A stretch of 64,000 bases of DNA from positions 8,494,001 to 8,558,000 of the forward strand of contig NC_092672.1 in the NCBI RefSeq assembly GCF_964355755.1. Reading direction: 5' to 3'. Made by a program: the position numbers and the translations under genes. Shown here piece after piece: positions 1-11,800 of this stretch. The DNA comes from Antedon mediterranea (Eukaryota > Animalia > Echinodermata). Under the pieces are notes generated by a model. It saw only the letters and a list, made by a program, of their open reading frames with translations. It ran no database searches and was not told the DNA's origin. Position 1 is the stretch's first letter. Each line of letters starts with the position of its first letter.

Positions 1-1169
1 GGTCGTTGCATCTGGAAAGGTCAAAGTCCAAGTTTGGCGCTAATTTTTAGAATGGTACGATCTGCTGCCACATGAGTAGGCTACACCGGTTGATATTTTA
101 AGGATATTAGCACTTCGGGCGATGTCTGTAGGTTATATATTTTTTTAAAGATCATACGATCGACGACAATTGTTCTATATATCAAGAAATACCGATCATT
201 CTTGTTCCTCGTGATCAGTGATAAGTGCAGTCAATGAATTTACCGCCGGAGTATATGCCAACTAGCGACATGAGGTAGACGCGACCTCAGGCAAATTACT
301 ACATTTATTTTGGTCGTTTCCATTTTTAAACGTCTGATATATTAATTGCATGATTTAGAAAACCAAATGATCAATTATTTCAATTGGAATATTCCACTCT
401 ACTTTTAGAAAAGAAAGTTATAAGCACGAAAAAGAAGGGTTTCCCCGGATATCGTTAATTATCGTCACTTTCTAAAAATCGCTAGGCTAAAATTTAGTTT
501 AAATCAAATTTAAGATAAGATAGTAGGCCTATACTAACAAAAGGAGAATAGGCCTACGGTTACTAAATACAAAATATAAAATATTAATGCTGCGTTTACG
601 CGTGATTATAGAATGACGTATTCGTAACGGATACGGAACTTAGCAACTATACATTGTTCATTGCTGGTGGTAGGCAATTTGTTGTAAATTAAGTACAAAT
701 GAATTTAACTTAATGTTGTAAATTGTTGTACAGTTATACTAAATCACGAAACGGTATAATACAGTTAACAATGTGACTGTGACAATCTAGGCCTATTTAC
801 CCCGAGTGACCTTATAGTACAAGCCGTAACTAACTCAATTCGATAAAATTGATCAACAATGCTCACCTATACAAAGCTGGGTCATATCGATGTGAGTTGC
901 TATTAATAATGTTTTGAATTCCTAAAATCAATACATTATTATTCTGCTCACATCACTGAGATGCATCTGGCTACCGTAGCAGCCGATCCACATCGATTTT
1001 AATAAAAGGAAGCTGAAGGCTTAAGGAAATGTGGGTCTATGGCAGTACATTAAAACAACATTAGATATAAGACAATGTCAAATTAGATTTTAGAAATTAA
1101 CATAACAGGTGTTTATTATATAGAAAGACAACAAGTGTCCTCGTAATACCGGTGTCCATGAATAAGAGT

Positions 1170-1360
1170 TGGCCATAATCTTAATTGACCTTTGTTGTGT
1201 CCCCTGAATAATTGTGATGTCCCTGAATAAGTTTGTTCCCTTACTAAGTGTGTCCGCTGAATAAGGTGTCCACTGAATAAGTGTGTCCCTGAATTAGTGT
1301 GTCTGCTGAATAAGTGTGTCCGCTGAATAAGAGTGTCTGCTGAACAGGTGTCCCAAAGTA
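1170..1360. repeat. Degenerate ~20-bp repeats (GTGTCCCTGAATAA-like), probable remnant of a Tc1/pogo-type MITE family
   Basis: Repeated gtgtccnctgaataag motifs; related fragments at ~28610, 33220-33270, 39570-39760 and 40490-40550. Confidence 0.5.
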
Positions 1361-1977
1361 TTGGTGACTGAGCCGATACTATTTGTATACTAAATTCAAT
1401 TGTACAATTTATTCTGATAAATTAAGCACAAAGCAGCCGAGGCGGGAAAGTCATCGGCGGACCGGCAATAAAGTAAGAAGTAAGTAATTTGTTAATTACT
1501 CGCTTGTGATTGGTTAAATGTTGGGAACTAGTTTAACCACCCAATTCGATATAATACTTATTTGCGAGTCTTTTGGTCGACTTCCCTCAACGGAAGTAGA
1601 GGGAGCTAGACGCATATATTTTCTCGAAAGTGTTATGCTGTAAAGATGAATGTTGATTCCATGGAAATAATAAATAGTCCGATTCCAAAAACCAGCATTC
1701 AACAACCGTACTACTATTTCTTTTTTTTACCCTCATACTGTTAACATATATATTTTTTATTATTTATTCTGAAATGTAGGTCTGATTGATTGATTGATAA
1801 AATGGGGGAACGACCTCCATCAACAAATCAATGGCTTTAGCCACACCATTGGTGCATACCGACTTCCATCTTTCATACATCCATAAAAAAATTAGAAGAA
1901 TTATGTCAAACTGAAAAGAAGCCGGTTTAAATTTTGAACTGAAAGTGCGACGGCAACAGTTTGTTGACGACGCCCTC

Positions 1978-2082
1978 TTTATAAACCAGGAAGTTCAATA
2001 CAGAGTTTTACTTTTACGGCGCGAAATTTGCTTTGCGAAAAAAAAATATTTTTAGTAATTTTATTGCTTTAAAAAGGTAAAA
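1978..2082 (+). promoter_or_regulatory. Candidate promoter and non-coding first exon, possibly of the SH2 gene
   Basis: TATAAA at 1980, ETS-like CAGGAAGT (~1987), E2F-like GGCGCGAAA (~2018), donor AAG|GTAAAA at 2076/2077; a TAGGCCTA-rich tract follows once the 2128-3668 insertion is removed. Confidence 0.35.
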
Positions 2083-2127
2083 ACACATGATCATATGTTG
2101 TTCCAGGGTTCACTACTAGGACTACTT

Positions 2128-3668
2128 GGCGCTAATGCAGTTTCGTACCCACCCCTTAAAATTACTCAAAATCTTCATCCAACCTACTCACGAGTTGTCT
2201 ACAACATCCTGCAATCATAAAATTGTAAAAATTCGATATTTTTTTTATTTATAACTATTTTTAATCAATTAATACTGAGCACCCTTCAGAAATACACAGC
2301 CAGCTTAGCTTTTCGAAAATCGTCGCTAGGCCTGCCGATAAAAGTACGGAGGCCTCACAGGACATTAACTCTTGATAGAGTAAACAGTTGCGTTCTATAG
2401 AGGGCGTAGTTTACTAATGTTTAAAGCACGCACTAAATAATAATTTGCATTATTTCCGACATGAATTTCGTATTTTTAATAAAGAAATAATATACAATTA
2501 TTGTATTCATCATTGTGGGTATCATCATAATGTTATGTTTTTAATTTGTTGTTCATTTTTAATAGTAGAATTTCACACAGGAAAGAAGATAAATTGTATG
2601 GGACTGCTGACTTGAAGATTTAAGTACTACAGACCAATTTTCCTCTGTTTTAGTTTATTTTACATTATGATTTGTAGGTCAAATAAATAAATAAAATGAA
2701 ATAAAAAGAATTACAGTACTTCGTTCAGTCCTGAGGTACATTGTTATAACACAATAAACAAGGAGCTTATGACAAATTAATTGTTTTAGTAATGTTATCA
2801 CTATATTAGAAACACTAATGGTTTCCTTGTTTTAAGATTTTATAGAAGTATATAAATTAACATTTGTTATTCACCCATGAAAGACCTCTTCAAATACATG
2901 GAAATAAGAAATGCAACAAAAACAGAAAGATATAATTTATTGAAATGTAATGTACAGTAATAAAATGATAATTATAATAAAAATGTTTTCCATCAATTAC
3001 TAGAATTTATTTTACTTCTGCTGACACTGAAAAATCATTTCATGTCTTTCATTTCTTCCTTTTTATCTTCTTTCCTGTTGTGTTTATTAAAATAAAATAA
3101 AAATATAACATTTAATAATGAAGCAACTGTTCCTTTATTTATTTCAACAATATTTTACGAGGGTGGTCCATCCAGCCGAAGCTGATCATTAAAGACCCTC
3201 ACAAAAATATAATTTGACAAGACAATAACACTCAAATTAAAAAATATAATTTGACAAGACAATAACACTCAAATTAAAAAGAATTTCTAAAAATTAACAA
3301 CATAATTAAACACAAAATATTTCTTTATGAAAAAACTTAAAAGTTCGTTTCACGAGGAATATTTTTTACGCATTTTTTAAAGACATATAATATGACCATA
3401 ACAGCGTCCTCTATAGATCGATGCCCTATGAGGCCTCCGTACTTTTATCGGCAGGCCTAGCGATGATTTTCGCAAAGCTAAGCTTGCGATGGATTTCTGA
3501 AGGGTGCTCAATTATCAATTGATTAAAAATATTTATAAATAAAAAGTTATCGATATTTTACAATTTTATGCTTGCAGAATGCTGTAGACAACTCGTGAGT
3601 AGGTTAGATGAAGTATTGAAACAATTTTGAGTAATTTTAAGGGGTGGGTACGAAACTGCATTAGCGCC
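2128..3668. mobile_element. Non-autonomous DNA transposon with ~250-bp TIRs, Merlin-like
   Basis: 2128-~2380 is the diverged reverse complement of ~3408-3668. Ends GGCGCTAATGCAG...CTGCATTAGCGCC; flanks GACTACTT / GACTTCTT give an 8-bp TSD with 1 mismatch. GG ends plus 8-bp TSD fit Merlin. Confidence 0.75.
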
Positions 3669-4227
3669 GACTTCTTCTAGCCTACACTGTTAGTATTAGT
3701 ATTAACTACTACTATTCTAGTAAACTAGACGTTACAGTATAGGTACGACTACGGTAGGCTGTTGCTAGGCCTAGCTAGGCCTAGGTAGGTCTTTTTTGTG
3801 TAGGCTGCTAGATACTAGCCTAGATAACACAAAAATCGCTCGACCGGGCGCTCTCTATAATATTAATAGGGCCAGGGCAGGCCTACAATATAGGCCTAGC
3901 TAGGTAGGTTGTAGGACTATCCATATAGTTCTAGCCTAACACAGGTATCTAGGCTATTAGGCTCTTATTTCACAGACATACTCGCCATCTTCTTTATTAA
4001 ACATTGTTTTTCTCACCATATGGCATTTGCCCCAAGACAAAGAGAGATGTGTTTTTTATTTAGTTTAGGCTGATTAACTAGGCTAGTAGGCTAGACTAGG
4101 CCTAGCTAGTATGTATTGTAGTATGCACCATTGATAATATTTATTTAAATTCTGTATTTTATATAGGCCTAGTTATATATATGTATGTCATTTTTATTTT
4201 TCATCTGATTGCCAATAATATTTAATA

Positions 4228-4492
4228 ATGCACTTGTCAATTGTATGACCCACTATACAACCCCCGGGAGAGGTGCGTCATTTGACCAATGTACGTCATA
4301 CCCGTGATTAAAAAACTGTGACTTACCCTTAGGTGACCATGACGCACTCCATTTTGATGCACTGTGACCATGTTGGTAGTAAAAAGTGATGAACAGTGAC
4401 ACACCTTGTTTATTGATGTGCAGACCATCGATGAAGCCTTGACGCACCTCTCCCGGGGGTCGTATAGTGGGTCATACAATTGACAAAGTGAA
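4228..4492. mobile_element. MITE with ~55-bp TIRs
   Basis: CACTTGTCAATTGTATGACCCACTATACAACCCCCGGGAGAGGTGCGTCA ... TGACGCACCTCTCCCGGGGGTCGTATAGTGGGTCATACAATTGACAAAGTG; a second partial copy lies at ~45446-45610. Confidence 0.8.
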
Positions 4493-4734
4493 TAACTGAT
4501 AGTTATTCATTTACTCATACACACACATACATTTTTTATTGTACTACTAGTCTCTACTTAGACCCCATGGAGGTATTTTATACCTCCATGATGATGCTAT
4601 ACTGAATGATGTTCACAATATAGATAGGAAGATGATGATGAAAAAAAATGTGTTGGCTTTTGCATAATATGCACAATTGATAACATTTATTTATTTCTGT
4701 ATTTTATCATTTTTATTGTCATTGTTCTGATTTA

Positions 4735-5345
4735 AAATTGTAAAATAATTCTTCATGGTTTTATATTGTTTCGAAGATTATTATTATTAAATATATATTA
4801 TCTCCCTGAAAAAATATTTATTTTGTAGAATATGCCATTTTGATTTTCAATATTATTAGTTACTCACTTTGACCAAAAATTGGATGGATTTGTTGTCAAA
4901 TTGGCTGACGGCCAATGGGGATTTGTTGGATTTTCCCGTTTGTTTTGTCTTTTTATATATTTAGATATACTTACTGTACATATAAATAAACATTAAACAA
5001 ATATAAATTAATCTTTCTTAAATACAAAATATAAATAAAAGTCAAATGAAGAGAAAGAAACTATAATGTTAATTATTTTGTAAAATAATTCTTCGTGGTT
5101 TTAAATTGTTTGGAATTTGTTTTAAAATACCTACTGTGTTGTCCCCCTGAAAAAAAAATTTTTGTATGAAATATGAAAGTTCCATACTAGCTATTAATTT
5201 TTACCAAAAGTTGGATGATTGAGACATTTTGTTGTCAAATTGGCTGCCGGCCAATGGGGTTTTAGTTGAATTTGACCGTTTGTTTTGTCGTTTTATATAA
5301 GTAAAAACATTGTTTTTGTTCACTTTCTGATTTTATTAATCTTCT
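4735..5345. repeat. Two adjacent copies of a ~250-bp interspersed repeat
   Basis: TTGTAAAATAATTCTTC...CCCTGAAAAAA...GTCAAATTGGCTG.CGGCCAATGGGG at ~4735-4960 and ~5076-5345; third copy at ~50465-50760. Confidence 0.65.
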
Positions 5346-5873
5346 TACTAGTCCCACAATAGTAATTGAGAACTTTTAATTAGGTTGCCTTCATTCGTCA
5401 TGTTCACTCATAATAATTTGGGTGGGGTTTTTGTTCTTGAAAGATTGGACGGTCATATGTTGAAATATTTACATTTTATTATATTTACACATTTACTATC
5501 TTTTTATTGTATATCTGATAAATTTTTTATATTTTAATGACTAATGATTTTAACTGTTTTTATGTCGCCTGTGTTAGCAGAAAAAATTAGTACAGCAATT
5601 CAGTTTGCTTTGTTTAATCCTGTCACCGTCATGGGTTTTTTGTTTGTTTATTTGTATTGTATGATAATGTTTTTAATTGATGAAATAAATGAAATGAAAT
5701 AATTATTGTAACTATTTCATTTGTGACGGCAGTATATGAGAAAACCTGTTAGCTTAGTAATAGTAGCAGTGCCAAGTTTATTAGAGGAGGAAGTCATGTG
5801 ACAGACACTCATCAGTGTACAGTATAACACACTGCATAAGTGCTTAGTTGTTCAATTCAGTATTGGAACTACT

Positions 5874-8800
5874 ATGCTAAGTCAACCGTTAGCTAGGCCT
5901 ACCTGCCAAATGCAGTCCACATTTGAAAGAGGTATGGTTTTGTTTTTGTTTGTTTTTTTAAGTATCATTAATAATAAAGGGGATATTATAAGTTATGGTT
6001 CAGAAAGTGCCCTTTTTCTTTTAACATTTATGTATGATTTGTATTTTATTTTCACAAAATGAAGATTGGAAATCGAAAGGATTTAGTTTAATTTTTTTGT
6101 TTAATAAGTTACTTCTTCAATTAGAAATATATGAGCATGTTCATATAAATATTACTCATTTTTTAAAAAATATTCTGAAATATTTTAGAAACCTGACAAA
6201 TTTTATCCTGTACATAATAAAATTTATTTTTTGCGTTGCATATATGTACTTTAATGATTTTTATTTTTGACCTATAAAATCAATGAATTTTAGATATGTT
6301 TGTTGGTAATTTTTGTTGTTTTGTAATAAAAATATGATGAATTAATATTGTATTGCATTAACAACAATGTCCTAATGTGTTTTCAGAGACTCTATACTCT
6401 ATATGTATAGTGTACAATATTCAATAATGAATATAGTTTTATTAATATTTCAATACCTTCTCTCATAATAATGGTTTTTACATTGCTGTTCTAAGTATAG
6501 AGATAAACTGAAGTGCAACCATTTCTTAAGATTAATTCAATGTTGTCCACGTCAGCAATGCATTATGTCACTTTAGATTTTTAAAGCAAATCTTGATGTT
6601 GCATTTTAAAAAATTGTAGGCCTATAGGTAAATCTTGCACAGTTTGTTTTCATTTATTCTGTTAAGTGTGATGTGCCCAAAAATGCTAGTGATAATGACA
6701 TCATCATGTCCATATATGGGCACATCACATTGTTTTTTTTCACATAAGTTTGATAGTGTGAGCTTTAAACATGCCCATGTGAAATTCCCCAAATATTCCC
6801 TCCTCCCATTTTGCGTGCAAGGAGTTGGCCTTGTGCCCAAGTTAATAGGGAATGCAATACTGTGCACAGTTTTAGCGTTTCTTTCTAGAACCCCTTTGTT
6901 TCTGTAACGTTTTTTCTAGGATGTAAGACAAGACTTCCTTTGCACAATTAATTACATTACAATTCAACATGAATAACAAATTAATTATTGGAAAAATTGA
7001 AAAAATTACGATTTGTTGGCGTGCAAATTGCTTTCCTAAGTAAACATGTTGACAAATTCTTATGCAAACATGTTGTTATATTATAGTAAAGAATAAATTA
7101 AAGATCTGAAGAACAAGAAAATAATTGCAAAATGTGTATAATGAAAAACAAGACTTCTGAATACTGAAATATTGTACCTCATTGCTGAATAAATAAATAA
7201 GTTTTACTGTAATAAACGATTTTTATTATAGTCATAATTATAGGCCCAATAGAATATTGAAATGGGTGAGGGGTTGGGTGGAATTGGAAAAGAAGAAACT
7301 TCTACCTGGTTTGATCTGCAGTACTGTATCCTTCTTTGTTTTGAGAGGAGATATTAAGAGAAACTTCTACCTGGTTGGATCTGCAGTACAGGGAATAATT
7401 TCACCAGTGTAGCATAGCAAAAAGCTATACAAAACAACCTTATTGCTAATTCTGTTTGATTAGCAACATTGCTAAACAAATTTTTAAGTTGTAATTTTTC
7501 CCTGCAGCACTGTATCTCGTTTATTTTGAGAGGAGATATTAAGAGAAACTTAACACCTTGTAGTACATACAAATCGTCTTATCCCCATAATATATCCCTG
7601 CTAACAAGAAAGGGACGATAAAACCCTGTGGACAAAAATGAAATAATTTAATTTATACCAACACGTAAATTAATGGAAACAATGTTCATATTTCTTTTGT
7701 GGCTGTTCCTTGAAGGCCAAGTGCAAAGAAGTTGACCGATATTTGGAATCCTACCTCAACAAGTGAAAGCAAATGCTGTACTGGTACTGCCACACACTTT
7801 TGACCTAGAATGACTCAAGTATTCAGGGGTCCTTGTTATGTGGCGGCACTAGTGAGTCAGTGTTGTCTCTTTTCCTCAGTATAATTGTCACCATGTTGGC
7901 TCTAGGAGTCATTTTTCTTTCCTCTACTTTATAAATTGAAGATTTTCATTGCAGACAAAGAAACCCAACACAATTTTGAAATAGTATTCATGTGAAATGA
8001 TATGCGTAGTTGGTATTTTTTTAAGTGAATAATATTTCTTTACCATATCCACTGTCTCTGTTCCATGTTTGGATTTTGGGTCTTGCTCAATACTACTGCA
8101 TACCAAGAATTATTGCCTTACAAACAAAGATGATGCAGGGAGGTATAATATAGTATATATTTTATACCTCCCTGGATGATGGATGTAGATTTTTTAATAA
8201 ATTTTTTATGAATTTCTGGTTGCCCAGATTTTTATTTTGTTTTGCATTTTCGATATTTATATACTTACTGCAAGTTTTGTTGCTTTGGATTTTTTTTGCC
8301 TAATCTTAACAAATTAGAAGTTTCATAATTCTCGAATTGTTACTTGAATATTTTTTAAACAATTCTAATTAAACTAAAGTAACAAACGCAAATATTTAAA
8401 TAAAATTGAGTAGTTTAGCGCAAAATAATCTTGTGTTAAAATATCAATAATGTATCTAACGAGACGTGTTGTGAACATAGTAGTACGCATGTGCAGAAGA
8501 AAGTTTCTTTTAGGTTCTGACAAGTTTTATGAGTCACACTTGATATTTTATATTTCTTTTTTATATTTACTAAAGAATGAAAGTGATACTTTGCTGTCAT
8601 CTGGACTACAGATGAATAATTTGTGTCTTAGTGGTACTTAGTCATCGCACCGTATTTCTTAGTAAATCTTTAGTTTTCCATTTTGAAAATTCCAGGGATA
8701 TGAAAATAAATACTATGAATTATAAAACAACCAATTTAGAAGCACGACTACTGTAAGTCTCTGTCTACTCAATCAAATATTATGTGACAACAAATTGTAG

Positions 8801-11800
8801 TACCTGTATATGGACATGATGATGTCGCATCACTACCACATTTGGACATATCACTACAACCACTGTATATGGGCACATTTTTGTCAAATAACTAGTTTAT
8901 CATTTATTTTATCTTCCCCAAATGCATCAGTATAATGCATTTAAATCTCCCAATTGTTATTATAATTTGTGATTTTATATCAAACACTTCAAAAGATATT
9001 TGACTGGCATTCCAATTTGAGAATTCTAGGGATACATGTATGAAAACTAACATTACAATTACAGAATGACTATTGAGAGACTATTGAGACTCCATTAGTA
9101 TCAATGAAAAGTAATTATATATTCTTGCAACACAAATCATGCAATCAGTAATGCATAAAAATCAACAATAATTAATTGTTCTTTATTATTTGATTATAAT
9201 GCTATTTTCATGGAGGTTAAAAAGAAAATTGAAAATGTTATTGCCAATAAAAAGAATAGGAATTATTATTATTACTTGGAATAGGGGAAAGAAAAGAGGC
9301 TAACTGATGATCAGTATCAGTATTCATTCCTCATAGGGCATTAACAAAAGAAGAAGACGGATTACCTCATCTTACATTTACAATAAAAAGTACAAATTAC
9401 AATATCAAATCTTAAGAATAATAAAAAGTTAAAATGTTATTTATTTAATAGTCTGATGGCACAAATGAATTTCTTTTACGTTAGTTTTGCAAGTTTTACA
9501 CCTGTAACGGCGGCCAAGTGGCAACACTTCAAATTTCTTATAAAGAGTGTGGTTAAAATATGATATGATATATGTGTCTTGAATCCTGTAAATTTCTGTT
9601 TATGTGCTGTAGTCTCATAGCAACAAAATTTTCTAGATATTTTATGCAAATGATATAATAATTAATATGGAAGTGAATAATGTTAGTGTTTTAAAAATGA
9701 AACTCTTAAGAATAAAATATTTTACTTCACAATAAGGCTGCTAAAATTATCGACGTTTCCCTTTTATCCATAAAAACTCTCATAAAAATTTAAAAGTTAA
9801 TTTTAATAAACAATTATGTCCAATATTTTAGGGTTAATTTTTTATGAAGTAACCAAATTGTTTTAATGTCAAACAAATGTTATTAATAGCTAACAAATGT
9901 CCTGAAAATAATATTAGTTAATCAATCATACATACTTTGATAATATGTATGACTATTACGTTCGACTATTAAGTCTATTATGGTTGTCTCATTTTACATC
10001 CGTATCATTCTGTTCTGAGCAGAACAGTGTCGATATTAACATCCATCCAGGCTTAATTTTATCTGCTTACTTAGCTTTGTACTTTAGCTTTCAGTACAAA
10101 AAAATGCTGTATTTAGATAATTACTTTAGACTTTGATAGACTCACTTGGCTTGGATTTGGATTATTAAATATGTATGTCTACAGTGTATTTGTACATGTA
10201 TTTTGCTACGGTATCTGTGAAACATTTTGGTTTTTTTAAATAAAAATGTATTTGATTAACTTTACATTTTGTTTTTAAACAGATTTTAAATGCTTTAGAT
10301 TGTACAATAATTAATCTTTTTTTTAAATTCCTAAAACATATTTGTTGTATTAATAAATTATTAATTTATTTTCATTTTAATATGAAATGTACACTAGATT
10401 GTAACTTATGTTACTATAGTATGTTAATTTTTATTAAAACTTTAAATTGATTTTCTTTTCAAATATAAACATTTAGGAACAATGATTACAATTTAGATGT
10501 ATCTGAACTATGAGTAACAGATTATTACCCAAAACTAAATACTGTATAGTGTTATCTTATGTATACACTATGATTTAATATAACTAGATGTTTCTATTAT
10601 TAGAAATAATTAATGTTTCCTACTTAAATTAGTTTAAAGAACTTCACAATTAGATTTATCTTCAAATAGCCACATCAACATATAAATAGACGTTCTTGCA
10701 TGAATTGTTGGATTGACTTTTTATCTGTGAATTGAGTCTACTGATTAAGTTGTCACCAAAGTGTATGTAAATCACTCTGTTATTAGTGTTACATGTTCAT
10801 TAATAAATTCATTAAATTAAACAAATTATTGTTCATCATACTTTAGGCATACAGTACAATGCTTGTGCAAGAGGCCCAAGTCTTCTGATAATCTCTGTGT
10901 TCCTCTTAAGGTTCAATTTGTGCTAGTTGTTTTGGATCTACAAAAAAAAACAGCAATGCATAAATATACCTTCCTTAGGCACTACTAGTCCGAATCCTTT
11001 GTTTAACTAAAGAAGAAAAATTGTTGAGCTCTTTTTCCACCTTTTATTAAAATGTATATATGCCTCTTAGAATGTGCATGATATCCAGTAGATGTTGATG
11101 ATGAGTTTTTAAAAAATGTGCCACTTCTATTTTGGGAATTTAGATACAACCCTCTATTTTTGCTCCCAACATTTTTTTAGTTAGAACCTCTGACATCCAT
11201 ACTTAAAAATGTAATCGCCACTACTGAAGATACTGTACTGTTATGATGCTGTAAAGTACACAAATATATATTTTTTTAGTTGGGATCTCTGAAATCCATA
11301 CCGCCGCTCTCCTGCTAAAGACGCTTTTATGATGCAGTAAAGTATACAAATACAGTTCTTGTATTTATAGACATAATGCTATTTTTTATTTCAGATAGCT
11401 ACAAATTAAATTATGTTGAAGTGGAAATTGGTCCACCAAAGCAAGGGTGAGTTCTGACCCTTACAATTTATTTGGAGTTTTAGTAATTGTGTTTGCTTTG
11501 TGTAATATACCTTTATTGATTACAGTTGCTGTTAATACTTTAAATGGATTTTTTTAAAATTTTTAATAACAAACCGTGAACATGTAAATTATGCAATGTT
11601 TTTTAATTAATTTATTTCTAGGAAAGATGATGGAACTCCAGTCATCCGTATACAGCAAACATCTAAGAATGTCAACTACAGCACGATTGTCTTTCCTCCA
11701 AAACATAATACTAATTCTTTGTAAGTTTATGATTCATTGTCAGCTTAATAGTTATATCCTGGATCGTCTAATTTTGTGAAACCACTAAGTGCTGTACATA

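Noticed and set aside
1-125. Possible minus-strand exon at the window edge (acceptor at 126-127)
   Set aside because: Stops in all three frames and no recognisable product; may be UTR of a gene outside the window, but this cannot be supported.
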